Shown here piece by piece: positions 19,079 to 29,912 of a DNA stretch of 64,000 nt. The stretch lies in NCBI GenBank assembly GCA_964230645.1, contig CAXRHT010000002.1, positions 992,001-1,056,000 of the forward strand, read 5' to 3'. This DNA comes from Bdellovibrionales bacterium. GTDB taxonomy: Bacteria; Bdellovibrionota; Bdellovibrionia; Bdellovibrionales; JAGQZY01. A model generated the notes under the pieces. The model did no database searches, had not been told where the DNA came from, and worked only from the letters and a program-made list of their open reading frames with translations. Position 1 is the stretch's first letter; each line of letters starts with the position of its first letter. The translations under genes were made by a program, and so were the position numbers.

Positions 19079-20040
19079 AAGACTTCGCCTAAGTCTAGAG
19101 AGGGAAAGTCTTGCAGGAGAGTTTCCTTAATACGAACCATTGAAAGAGCCACAGCCGAGCCACGGCAATAACGCTCAAACATTTGCGCACCGTTGGTATA
19201 GCTACTGTTTAATAGGCCAACAATCTCTCCCCTGTGGTTAAGAAGCGATGACCCACTAGCGCCCGGAAGAATATCAACGGTCGAGAGTATGAGTTCGTCC
19301 CGATCGTATCGATTTATCAATGCCTCTTCTGAACCTTTAATACAGGGGTTTTCTAAAATAGAGGAAATTACCTCCCCCTCCCCCTGGTAGAAACTTTCGC
19401 CATCACTATTACGCCGCTCAGGACGACCGGAGGAATCCCCAGGATAGCCAAAGTAATGCACGGGAGCAGAGAGACTCAATTCTTGGTCACTGACTTGCAA
19501 ACAACGAGAGCTTTCAAATTCAGCCACTTTGATCAAGGCAAAATCACCGTTATGAAAATAACCGGAATCTAAAAAACGTTGGTGAAGCTCAGACGCATAC
19601 AAAGATAAACTCCCCTGTTCAGAGGGCGTCATAAAACCCGTGCTGGCAGCGAGCACCTCGAAGACTTTCGGTACCCCATTTATTTCTGCTTCACAGTGGA
19701 CATCCCTCTCATCGGTAAAATGGTAGAGATTGGGAGAGCGCCATCCCTCCTCAGGGAATAAAGCTTCCGCTCTAATAGAATCACTCTGAATGAGGCAAGC
19801 GTTAAGACAATGTCTCGCCGTTAGAATATGGCCTTGATTAGAGACCCTTGTACCTGTGCAGTGACCAAAGCTGGTTTTAATTTTAACAATTTCCTCTCGT
19901 GGACTCGCACTTTCCCAACCGGCTCGCGCTAGAGCCTTGTTTGAATAAACATAACTTGAAAGTGAAACGAATAATACTATGGTCCATTTGATTGATTGAA
20001 TAACGTACCCCTTCTGTCTTGATCCCAGTATGAGCTTCAT
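19060..20040 (-). CDS. Secreted trypsin-like (S1) serine protease
   Basis: CTG, LTARHC, GDFALI, GYPG, PGASGSSL catalytic triad motifs. Confidence 0.9.
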   Translation of the reverse strand: MKLILGSRQKGYVIQSIKWTIVLFVSLSSYVYSNKALARAGWESASPREEIVKIKTSFGHCTGTRVSNQGHILTARHCLNACLIQSDSIRAEALFPEEGWRSPNLYHFTDERDVHCEAEINGVPKVFEVLAASTGFMTPSEQGSLSLYASELHQRFLDSGYFHNGDFALIKVAEFESSRCLQVSDQELSLSAPVHYFGYPGDSSGRPERRNSDGESFYQGEGEVISSILENPCIKGSEEALINRYDRDELILSTVDILPGASGSSLLNHRGEIVGLLNSSYTNGAQMFERYCRGSAVALSMVRIKETLLQDFPSLDLGEVFHCSND

Positions 20041-20117
20041 TTTAAAGGATTTATTACAAAATAGGGGAAGTGCTTCGAATGTAGAAAAAAATTACATCAA
20101 TTGGTGTCTAAAATCTG

Positions 20118-21554
<1,437 letters not shown>

Positions 21555-21560
21555 ACTTAT

Positions 21561-21896
21561 TTATTTACAACAGTCTTTCTTTTCGCCCTTTTTCTTATCA
21601 CCACAACACTCTTTTCCCATTTTACTTTTGTGGTGAGCCATTTTTTCTTCTTTTGTAATCTTGCCATCACCATTGGCATCCATTTTTTTAAACATTTCAC
21701 TGTGCATTTTATCGAATTCTTTTTTAGTGACTGTACCATCACCATCGGCGTCCATTTTCTTCCACATTTTTTTATGGTGACCTTTATGCCCGTGCTTCTT
21801 GTGACCGTGATGGTGCCCCTCTTTATGATGACCGCCGTGTGAGCAGGCAGCGAGTACTAAAATAGATAGAATTGATAAGAATGTTCTAAAAGACAT
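21561..21896 (-). CDS. His-rich EF-hand lipoprotein
   Basis: LAAC lipobox; HHKEGHHHGH; two EF loops DADGDGTVTKKE and DANGDGKITKEE. Confidence 0.88.
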   Translation of the reverse strand: MSFRTFLSILSILVLAACSHGGHHKEGHHHGHKKHGHKGHHKKMWKKMDADGDGTVTKKEFDKMHSEMFKKMDANGDGKITKEEKMAHHKSKMGKECCGDKKKGEKKDCCK

Positions 21897-21952
21897 TTCT
21901 CCCCCTTTTAAATGGTTTTCTATACGATAATCAAAGCTTAGGGATTATTCAA

Positions 21953-22558
21953 TCACGGGGCAAGGCGACGAGCGCGCCACGAGTCGTTTTCGAGATCTTG
22001 GACAAACTTAATGCGGCTGTGAAGGCGGTCGTCGCCGGCCTGCCAGAATTCAAAGCTTCGAGGAATCAAACGAAAACCACCCCAAAACTCGGGGCAAGGT
22101 ACGGGTTTTCCAGCAAACTTTTCTTCGATTTCCTGAACCCTTTTAACAAGTTCGTCGCGATCTTGGATCTCCTCACTCTGAGGAGAGGCCCAGGCTCCAA
22201 TTTGGGAACCTCGGTTGCGGGTGGCAAAATAAGCTTGTGACTGCTCGTAGGATAACTTCTGAAGCTCGCCTTGTATTCTCACCTGACGATGCTCTGGGAG
22301 CTGCCAATGAAAGAGCAGTGAGGCTTTGGGGTTAACCTCTAGCTCTTTGGCCTTACGGCTTCCATAGTTCGTATAAAAGTAAAAGCCTTCGGGACCATGC
22401 TGTTTTAAAAGCACTGTTCTGGCCGAGGGCCACCCATCAAGTCCTGTGGTCGCCAAGACCATTTTGGTTGGCTCAAAAGCTGTTTTTTCTTTGGCTTTTT
22501 CGTACCACTGATTAAAGGTTTCCAGAGGGTTTGCACTTTTTTCGATCCATTCAGTCAT
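21953..22558 (-). CDS. pdxH: Pyridoxamine 5'-phosphate oxidase
   Basis: PSARTVLLK, FYTNYGSRK, SQIGAWASPQS, EFWQ...RLHSR, RLAP; start uncertain (ORF extends to 22624). Confidence 0.95.
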   Translation of the reverse strand: MTEWIEKSANPLETFNQWYEKAKEKTAFEPTKMVLATTGLDGWPSARTVLLKQHGPEGFYFYTNYGSRKAKELEVNPKASLLFHWQLPEHRQVRIQGELQKLSYEQSQAYFATRNRGSQIGAWASPQSEEIQDRDELVKRVQEIEEKFAGKPVPCPEFWGGFRLIPRSFEFWQAGDDRLHSRIKFVQDLENDSWRARRLAP

Positions 22559-22669
22559 AGCCCAAAGGTTTACCGAAGGACTGGTCAAAAGTCCATGCCT
22601 GAAAGACTGATAGATCCGGCTCAAAACGAGAAATTTTGATTATTTTCTCAAAACCGCCGATAAATCAGC

Positions 22670-23221
22670 ATGTCAGAACAAAGAAACGTCGAAGAACTTT
22701 ACCCCAGAGCACCCCGTTATGTGATTGAAATCGGAGACAACGAAGTTGTGAGATTTGCCATGAGTCCCAGGGGATCAAAGACTATGCATACGAGAATTAT
22801 CAACCTCTCGGAATCGGGTATGGCCTTTCTTTGCCCTTACCTGACAGCTCCCCGAGAGGGAGAAAAAATTAAAGTAGAATTCACAGCTCCAAACACCGAT
22901 TCTATTGCCTGCTTTGCCAATGTCGTGCGTGTGCAAATCCACAAGACTTATCGGGAAGACCAGAAACCTCAAACCTTTAAATTGGTGGCTGTGGAATTTG
23001 AAAATCTTCCGCCCAAACAGCGACAAATGCTCTCTTCAGGTCTCACACAGCAGTTTCAAAAAAAGCAAGCCGAGTATCAACGCAAACAATTGTTTTTAAA
23101 AGCCCAGTGGCTCATTTCTTCAAGCTTTGCGAAAGCCTATGATCTTTTAAGCTCATTAAAAAAGAATCGAGCTTCTAAAATCAATAAGAATTCTGAGCTC
23201 TCTTCCAAAAAGGAAGATTGA
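22670..23221 (+). CDS. PilZ domain protein
   Basis: PRAPRY and NLSESGMAF, VAVEF; first Arg of RxxxR absent. Confidence 0.8.
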   Translation: MSEQRNVEELYPRAPRYVIEIGDNEVVRFAMSPRGSKTMHTRIINLSESGMAFLCPYLTAPREGEKIKVEFTAPNTDSIACFANVVRVQIHKTYREDQKPQTFKLVAVEFENLPPKQRQMLSSGLTQQFQKKQAEYQRKQLFLKAQWLISSSFAKAYDLLSSLKKNRASKINKNSELSSKKED

Positions 23222-23284
23222 TTAAAACCTAAAACATTTTTAAACTAGTCAGTGTTTTCAATTTTTCAATAAGGAGTCCTTCCC

Positions 23285-24037
23285 TTGAAAAGATCTCATT
23301 TATTAGTCACTCCCCTTCTTGTATTTTTAACAGCTTGTTTTTGGCAGAACAAAACCACCCCGTCCAGCAACAATGAAAAAATAAAGTTAAACTCCGACGG
23401 AAAAATCGACATGAAAGAGTTTGAGGATCAACTTAAAAATATAACTCTCGTCGCCTCTTATTTCGTTAGTGGTCGCGCAAATTTCTTCTCAAACAAAGAA
23501 AAAAATGAATCCGTAAAAGAGGCCCTTTCTGGTTGCAAGTTAATTACCGAAGGCGGAAAAAAGAAAATAAAAATGAAAATTAAAATTTTAAATAAAGAGG
23601 GAAAGACCTGTGGCGTTTCTTATGAGAAAATTATTTATCAGGCCAAGAATGGGGAGGAGGGCACATCGAAATACGTCTCCAAGGACCCTAAACTCACTAA
23701 ACTTTTAGGCGTTGTTGAAAATGATTGCAAAATAAAACGCCAAGAAGACAGAGAGGATAAAAAGAAAATTTCTAAAGTCACAGCCAAATGCTCCGCTCAC
23801 CTCACCGCCTTTGGAAAGGTTGAAGCCAAATACTCCACAAAGAGCACACGGGTAACAAACCAGGAGAAAAAATCCTCAGAGACAGTCGAAAACAAAACTA
23901 AGGTGGTTATTGATGGGACAAATCACATTCTGGAAATGACCTCACACCGAGATTTCAACGGAAAAGTCCAAACGGAGAGAGAGCAAGAGGGACAAGCACC
24001 CCAGCACACCTTGGGATATCTCCTATTGCAACTTTAA
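23285..24037 (+). CDS. Lys-rich beta-strand lipoprotein, unknown function
   Basis: AAGGAG SD, TTG start, lipobox LTAC. Confidence 0.65.
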   Translation: MKRSHLLVTPLLVFLTACFWQNKTTPSSNNEKIKLNSDGKIDMKEFEDQLKNITLVASYFVSGRANFFSNKEKNESVKEALSGCKLITEGGKKKIKMKIKILNKEGKTCGVSYEKIIYQAKNGEEGTSKYVSKDPKLTKLLGVVENDCKIKRQEDREDKKKISKVTAKCSAHLTAFGKVEAKYSTKSTRVTNQEKKSSETVENKTKVVIDGTNHILEMTSHRDFNGKVQTEREQEGQAPQHTLGYLLLQL

Positions 24038-24091
24038 ATTCAGCGAGATTCCCGTTATAATGGTCGATAAGTCTTTACAAGGGAAGTCGAC

Positions 24092-24868
24092 TTGAAAAAA
24101 GAGTTAAAGATTGTCACATTTAACATTCGCTGTTTTGGTTTTGATGGCGATTACTTTGGTAAAGACAAAAAAGAGTCCCGCCTGCCCTTTTTAAAAAAAT
24201 TCATTGATGAACATTTTTCTGATGCCGATATCTTCGTTTTGCAAGAGATCATGAATCCATTGATTGTAGATAAAATTTTACCCCCTGGATTTACCAGCTA
24301 TACCTATCAACACAACTTCGCTCGCCATATGTTTATCGTTCTTGCTTGCAAAAAGGACTTTCAGATCAAAAATTTACAGATCATTGCAAATACAGCCCTA
24401 GACGCTCAACGTTCAAGACCCGCTCTCTTCGGAACTCTGGTTAAGCAGGATAAAGCTCTCCTAGATATTATCGGCGTTCATCTTAAGTCCAAATATGAAC
24501 ACACCGAAAACCGTAAAAAACAGTGCGAAGTTATCTCAAAGTTTATTGAAAACAGAGAGGAAGATCGGCCCCTCATCCTCACCGGTGATTTCAACACCCA
24601 CGCACCGGATAAGACTTTTAAATCTCTCCATGATATTGAGTACATCAAAGAGATTTTTTCTGACCAACTCACTCATCAACCTCATAACAATCCCACTTAT
24701 CTGGCTGCAGGCGATCATATTGAGCTCGATCATTTTTTTACCAGAGGTCTTAAAATAGAGAATATCGACAGCTACTCTCTGTACGACTATTCCGAGTCCA
24801 ATCCCTTTAAAAAATATTTTAATGAGATCTCAGACCATTTGCCAGTGGAGTTGACCGTCAGCATTTAG
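24092..24868 (+). CDS. Endonuclease/exonuclease/phosphatase (EEP) family protein
   Basis: TFNIR, LQEI, VHLKS, GDFN, LDHFF, SDHLPV. Confidence 0.92.
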   Translation: MKKELKIVTFNIRCFGFDGDYFGKDKKESRLPFLKKFIDEHFSDADIFVLQEIMNPLIVDKILPPGFTSYTYQHNFARHMFIVLACKKDFQIKNLQIIANTALDAQRSRPALFGTLVKQDKALLDIIGVHLKSKYEHTENRKKQCEVISKFIENREEDRPLILTGDFNTHAPDKTFKSLHDIEYIKEIFSDQLTHQPHNNPTYLAAGDHIELDHFFTRGLKIENIDSYSLYDYSESNPFKKYFNEISDHLPVELTVSI

Positions 24869-26253
24869 AGCTTTTCGCAAAGCTCATTATTAAGCCTCTG
24901 AGCCTTGACACTCTTAGGGTGGCCGCTTTCGGAACTTGGATTGTAGGCGGCTTGATAGTCTAATTTTTCAATTTTTTCGACAATTGCAAGGAGTTCGAGA
25001 TTCTCGGCATAAAAGCTTTTTATAAACATAAGCCCTAAACTCTCAGGAAAATAGTCTCCCCCCATGGGACCTTTAATACTTGCTCTTAAACTGTAGTTTT
25101 CATTAGGGCTCATTGACCAGTTACCAATAGATATCCCCAGAGGCTTTAATAGGGCTTCCAGCTCGGCGAACGCTCTTGCCTCATCCTGAGTTTTTAAAGC
25201 CCAGTTTTGACTGATTACATCAACAGATATCTTATCAAGGGCTTTGAGAGTTTCCTCAAGGTATTTCTGTTCATTTTGGGAGGCCATCACTCGCAAGCTT
25301 TTTTCACCAAACATTTCGGTGAGACGATCCAGCCGACCTTTATAGTTTTCAGCATTTCTTAAAAAAAGCTCATGGGCTCTCTTTTCTATCAACGATGATT
25401 CTTTCAAAGAAACTTTTTCGTGTTGGCAAAGTAAAGTTCTAGCGATCGGCCTTTTCTTATTATCAATCACATCTGATTTTTTTTCTAATTCTCCCATAAT
25501 TCTTTGCAAATTCTTTTGTGAAAGATGAATATCCAAAGAAAAAGTATGATCCAGGTGACGAGTCTTTTTATTTAAAACGCTGTATCTTCCTTGCCAGTTT
25601 TTATTTAAAAAATCTTGGCAGGGTTGACCGATCACCTCCGCACGGTTCCAATATTTTTCTAGATTGTGACTATGACAGATTCCTGGCCAAAAACCGTAAT
25701 TGTCCCAATTGGGTCGCGAGGGTTTTTGATGGCATTGTTGGCACTTCTTTCCCCCAATGCCTCCATCTTCAGATATAAAAAAGGGGACCTTTCTTTTATC
25801 AACAGGAAGCTCCTGAAGTCGCTCTTTATTGCGCACTTCTGCTGGGAAAACGATCTCTCTAAATTCAAACTGCTTATTTACGCTATCAAAGCACATAAGC
25901 TCAAGACTCTCATAGCCCTGCTGTGAGGCCTGGCCATTGAAAGTGAGAACTGTTTGTGCTGTCGAGTCAAAAACCAGAACGCGAGGGGATGAGAAACTAG
26001 CCTGTTGAAGGGATTTTGAGTTGAAGACCACAACGTAGCGATCGAAAAATTTGGGAAAGCGCGCTTTTATAGAGTAAAGAGCCTCTTCCACTCGCTTTGG
26101 TTTATCGGTGCGAAGTATTTCGTACAAATCAAGACAACTCATTGATTCCGAAAAGGGCCCAGAAACCTTCTGCCCCACTTCTTTGTTAACAGCATAACAG
26201 AGCAAAAAGCTCGCAATAACTAGAGATAGGAAAAGTATAAAAATCTTTTTCAC
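24865..26253 (-). CDS. Exported protein with single CxxCH (putative c-type haem)
   Basis: N-terminal signal/anchor; KCQQCHQ at about aa 171-175. Confidence 0.6.
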   Translation of the reverse strand: MKKIFILFLSLVIASFLLCYAVNKEVGQKVSGPFSESMSCLDLYEILRTDKPKRVEEALYSIKARFPKFFDRYVVVFNSKSLQQASFSSPRVLVFDSTAQTVLTFNGQASQQGYESLELMCFDSVNKQFEFREIVFPAEVRNKERLQELPVDKRKVPFFISEDGGIGGKKCQQCHQKPSRPNWDNYGFWPGICHSHNLEKYWNRAEVIGQPCQDFLNKNWQGRYSVLNKKTRHLDHTFSLDIHLSQKNLQRIMGELEKKSDVIDNKKRPIARTLLCQHEKVSLKESSLIEKRAHELFLRNAENYKGRLDRLTEMFGEKSLRVMASQNEQKYLEETLKALDKISVDVISQNWALKTQDEARAFAELEALLKPLGISIGNWSMSPNENYSLRASIKGPMGGDYFPESLGLMFIKSFYAENLELLAIVEKIEKLDYQAAYNPSSESGHPKSVKAQRLNNELCEKL

Positions 26254-26265
26254 AAAGGCTATTGT

Positions 26266-26937
26266 CTAATTTTGCTCTAGGATTTGGTAGCTTTTAAGAA
26301 CGGCGCGCAAAAACTTCTCAAAGGAATGCTGCTTATCTCTTTTAGGATGATTGAGCGTGACGGCCACATGAGACTGGATCGGAGAATCAAAGCAAACGGG
26401 CAAATAGCCTCCTCGCATGAGAATCCAATCAGCCGCCAGTCTTGCGGTTCGGCCATTGGCATTATTAAAGGGATGAATCGTGACAATTCCCAAATAAATT
26501 TCAAAAGACTTTATAAAAATATCAGGTTCAAATTGCAATTTCTTGTGAAATTCGTCCAAAGCTTCGCCGAGATGATCCGGAGGCAAATACTCCATATCGC
26601 CTGTGTACATCTTTACGTCCCTAAGTGGCTCTGATCGCCTAAGGATTCGGCGATTAAGATGAACAATCGAAGCCCAAGTGAGAACCTCATCTTCTGAGAT
26701 TTTTTCTCCCATCCAATGGTTGGTCTCCTGCCAAAGCTCCAAGGCCTCTTGCTTCTTTAAGGAATTTGAAGCCAGAGCCCGGCGGACAGCCAGGTTCTTG
26801 AGAGCATTTTCAGTGGGCTCGGAGAGTTTTTTCTGAGCCTGGTCAATTTGACGAATTAAAACAGAAACACCCCCAGATATGACTGGAGGTGTTTTGAGGT
26901 ACTCTAAGATTTCCGAAGGCTCTTTTATATCCTTCAC
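26266..26937 (-). CDS. Fic domain protein with variant motif
   Basis: IHPFNNANGRTARL; LNRRIL...LRDVKM. Confidence 0.88.
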   Translation of the reverse strand: MKDIKEPSEILEYLKTPPVISGGVSVLIRQIDQAQKKLSEPTENALKNLAVRRALASNSLKKQEALELWQETNHWMGEKISEDEVLTWASIVHLNRRILRRSEPLRDVKMYTGDMEYLPPDHLGEALDEFHKKLQFEPDIFIKSFEIYLGIVTIHPFNNANGRTARLAADWILMRGGYLPVCFDSPIQSHVAVTLNHPKRDKQHSFEKFLRAVLKSYQILEQN

Positions 26938-27470
26938 TTAACTTGATAATACTCTTTACTAAAATCAATCTTCATTTCATCCACCTCAGAACTTCTTTTA
27001 AATTTTAAAAGCTTTCCGTTAGGTGTGTCAAAGATATGAAACTCAATATTATATGTAGAGTCGGAGCAAGTTTTTGAAGAATCACAGTCAAAGAGCTTAA
27101 AGGTATTTTCATCCAATCGCTTGGCGTAGTAGTGTCTATCCCAGTTCTCAAGGGGTTGACCTGTGACTGTCGACTTGAATTCAACAACCACTTCATACTC
27201 CATACCTCCAAAACCATCGTAGTAATACCAGTTGTCAGGCTCAATAAAACTTAAAGTCACGAAGTACTCTAAATCTTTGATTTGGTAATCATTGCCTGGA
27301 AGATTCACAAAAAATTCATCCACCCCTGTTTGCTTTGAGACAAACTGCATTCCTAAAAGGTTCTGCTTTTCAGAGCGAACCTCTTTCATGGCAGCCTGCA
27401 AATCTCCTGCTTGTAGGTGCATGGAGGGGCTCATAGTTAATAAAGCTGAAATTATGGCTTCTTTTTTCAT
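26934..27470 (-). CDS. Putative exported hypothetical protein, translationally coupled to Fic gene
   Basis: GGAGAGAG SD; GTGA stop/start overlap at 26934-26937. Confidence 0.6.
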   Translation of the reverse strand: MKKEAIISALLTMSPSMHLQAGDLQAAMKEVRSEKQNLLGMQFVSKQTGVDEFFVNLPGNDYQIKDLEYFVTLSFIEPDNWYYYDGFGGMEYEVVVEFKSTVTGQPLENWDRHYYAKRLDENTFKLFDCDSSKTCSDSTYNIEFHIFDTPNGKLLKFKRSSEVDEMKIDFSKEYYQVK

Positions 27471-27601
27471 TTCTCTCTCCCGTCTGTTTTTTCAGCTCAT
27501 GTATAGTGAAAGGACGGGAATTTTTAAAGGGAAGTCTTATTCTTAACAGGCTCCTGAAGGAGGCCGAGTAGATTTTACAAACTTTGCGGGCTAACGAGCA
27601 C

Positions 27602-28609
27602 CTATTTGGGGTAGGCGGTATTGATCCGATGGATATCCTCACCACTTAAAAGAGCTTCTGACTGCGGAATCACGTCCCCGTCTTTGGTGAGAAGGGCTGG
27701 GGCGCTGGGATCCTCACTAAAGGTGAAAGAGGAGTAAAGCATGATCGATTCGAAATCAAAAGGGCGCCCTTTCACTCCTATAAAATCCACTGGAATTTTC
27801 TTAAACTGCGGATGGTTTTTCTTATCGATATTATCCCAGATAACCTGGATATACTCGTCTCGGTCTCCCCGATTTTGTTCATGAAAAAAGCCGATGGTAT
27901 GCATAAGCTCGTGCAAAATTTCGCGCACCCCACATCGTGGTGTCAGGAAAATCTCCTGCTTACCCCCATTCATCCCAGCGTACGAGTAGCAGTCCATTTT
28001 TCCTTTGGTGATATGGACGAAGTTTTTATGCTCTTCTTTCTTCCTGACAAATTTTATATTGGTCTGAAGGTTCAGATACTCAATGGCATCGGCGACATCA
28101 TCATAATTGGGGAGGTCTTCATCAACCATAAAGGGTATAACACCTTGAGGCCATTTTCTGGCGCGGCCCATTTTCAAATATTTCTGTTTTAAGATTCGAT
28201 CAAGGTCCCCTTTGTCCCCGATTAAAACATCCCCGTGATAGACGAGATGATCCCCGCTTTCGATGATTTGGGTGATATATCTTTTACCCTCCTCATCAAA
28301 GGGAACAAAAGACTCGTCTAGATGGGCGTAGGGACCCTTTTTTTGTTCTTGTTTGATTTCTTGGGGAACCGAAGCCTGAGGTGCCTGCTGCACGGGCGGG
28401 GTTGAAATCGGCTCTTCTTTTGGTTCTTCTTTCTTAGCTACTTTTGATTCGAAGGGCTCGTTTCCAGCTTCACTCACGGGTGATACTTGTTCGGTGGCCG
28501 TTGAAGGGTCCACCCTTACCACCGATTTCTCTTCGCCACTAAAAAAGAGCCAATAGACAATCAGAAAAATAGAAAAAAGGACGATAAGATCTGGCAATTT
28601 AATTTTCAT
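27602..28609 (-). CDS. Astacin (M12A) metalloprotease with membrane anchor and Pro-rich linker
   Basis: HELMHTIGFFHEQNRGDRD and Met-turn SIMLY. Confidence 0.95.
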   Translation of the reverse strand: MKIKLPDLIVLFSIFLIVYWLFFSGEEKSVVRVDPSTATEQVSPVSEAGNEPFESKVAKKEEPKEEPISTPPVQQAPQASVPQEIKQEQKKGPYAHLDESFVPFDEEGKRYITQIIESGDHLVYHGDVLIGDKGDLDRILKQKYLKMGRARKWPQGVIPFMVDEDLPNYDDVADAIEYLNLQTNIKFVRKKEEHKNFVHITKGKMDCYSYAGMNGGKQEIFLTPRCGVREILHELMHTIGFFHEQNRGDRDEYIQVIWDNIDKKNHPQFKKIPVDFIGVKGRPFDFESIMLYSSFTFSEDPSAPALLTKDGDVIPQSEALLSGEDIHRINTAYPK

Positions 28610-28667
28610 GGGGACTTAATTAATGCATAAAGATCGGGCTTATGACAACAAAGATTCCATTTTTAAT

Positions 28668-28699
28668 AAAAAAGGGTCGATCTGGTGAGATCGACCCTT
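28668..28699 (-). terminator. Intrinsic terminator
   Basis: 12-bp stem AAGGGTCGATCT/AGATCGACCCTT with U-tract on minus strand. Confidence 0.85.
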
Positions 28700-28712
28700 C
28701 CATTAAGCGGCT

Positions 28713-28820
28713 AGTGGAATTTAGAGTTATTCTCAATCGGGATGAAACTCCAATGACAGAGACTCCGATTTCCTTATCTCAAGGCTTGGGATAAAGAGAC
28801 TTAAATAACTTAAAATCACT
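28713..28820. ncRNA. Candidate structured RNA (three-way junction), family unknown
   Basis: Nested complementary pairs 28725-31/28804-10, 28735-40/28765-70, 28774-82/28786-94. Confidence 0.3.
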
Positions 28821-28848
28821 CCTTTAAGGCTTTATTAGCCCATTCACA

Positions 28849-29286
28849 CTAACGCGTGGGCGGTGCGGGTATGCCCCGCAAATCCTGCATTTTCTCCACT
28901 GCGCCGTTTGGATTATGAATCACTAACATAGCCGAGTGATCCCTAGCGGCTTTCCTGGCTTCCTTCAAAGCCAGTTTCTTATTTTTAAATTTATGTTTGG
29001 CCTGCTTACGGTCTCCAGCACGAACGATCCAGTGATCATCCTGCTTAAGAACATGGTAGTTGATTTGACCACGACGGCGGTTGAAATTCATTTTTTTCAT
29101 GAGTGTGTCTTGGGAATCAAAAACTTTCATATCGGACTGTTTCTCTTTAGCGAGAACCTTTCCTTTACGCTCGGCTTCTTCCCGTGTGTCGAAACTATAA
29201 GAGGGGCGTTTGTTCCCTTCTTTTTTTACACACCAACGATCTCCCGTTTCCGTGGGATAAATTAAGATGTCTTGTTTTCTTGACAT
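28849..29286 (-). CDS. Tandem DUF2188 domain protein
   Basis: Two repeats W.V+.....R.S..F.T+.EA...A+..A+......l.+; GGAGG SD. Confidence 0.8.
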   Translation of the reverse strand: MSRKQDILIYPTETGDRWCVKKEGNKRPSYSFDTREEAERKGKVLAKEKQSDMKVFDSQDTLMKKMNFNRRRGQINYHVLKQDDHWIVRAGDRKQAKHKFKNKKLALKEARKAARDHSAMLVIHNPNGAVEKMQDLRGIPAPPTR

Positions 29287-29420
29287 GAATCCTCCTTGGA
29301 ATTCCTAGACTAGCAATATCAAGAATGGGACACATTATAGGGAGGTGAAAGCTGTGTGTAAAAATTTCAACAAATACCACTCAGTTTTCATCTCTAAAAA
29401 AAGCTTTTCTTAATGAAGGT

Positions 29421-29912
29421 CTAGTGGATCAGGGTGGGATCCACTTCCTGTTTTGCTAACTCTTGATCTGTCGCTTTGCGCACACGCAAAACGTTAAGAA
29501 CAAACTTTAGACTTAAGCCGGCTAAGGGATGATTGCCATCGACAAGAACTTTATCGTCTTTAATGTCTTTTACGATCACTGATAAAACTTTGCCGGCCGG
29601 TCCTTGGGTTTGAAACTTCATACCAAGCTCAAGTTCTAAATCTTTTGGAAATTTTGAACGGTCCATCCAAGTTTGCAACTCCTCCCGGTGAAGCCCGAAA
29701 GCGTCCCTTGGGTGAAGTTCGATCTCTGCTTTAAAACCATGAGTTTTACCTCTCAGTGTTTCTTCCACTTTTGGCAGTAAAACACCTTGGCCAAATAAAA
29801 ATTCAAGGGGATCATCCACACTTCGATCCTCAATGGAGATTTCCTTTTTGTTCTCGTCTACTGTAAACAGTTGGTAGGACAGGGTCACTACACAGTTTTC
29901 ATCGATTAGCAT
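29421..29912 (-). CDS. slyD: FKBP-type peptidyl-prolyl isomerase SlyD (no His-rich tail)
   Basis: VVTLSYQL, PLEFLFG, VDGNHPLAG.SL.F, VRKATDQE. Confidence 0.92.
   Translation of the reverse strand: MLIDENCVVTLSYQLFTVDENKKEISIEDRSVDDPLEFLFGQGVLLPKVEETLRGKTHGFKAEIELHPRDAFGLHREELQTWMDRSKFPKDLELELGMKFQTQGPAGKVLSVIVKDIKDDKVLVDGNHPLAGLSLKFVLNVLRVRKATDQELAKQEVDPTLIH

Noticed and set aside
28702..28734. tmRNA tag-like ending (minus strand ...IPLAA*)
   Set aside because: In-frame stops immediately upstream and no tRNA-like domain
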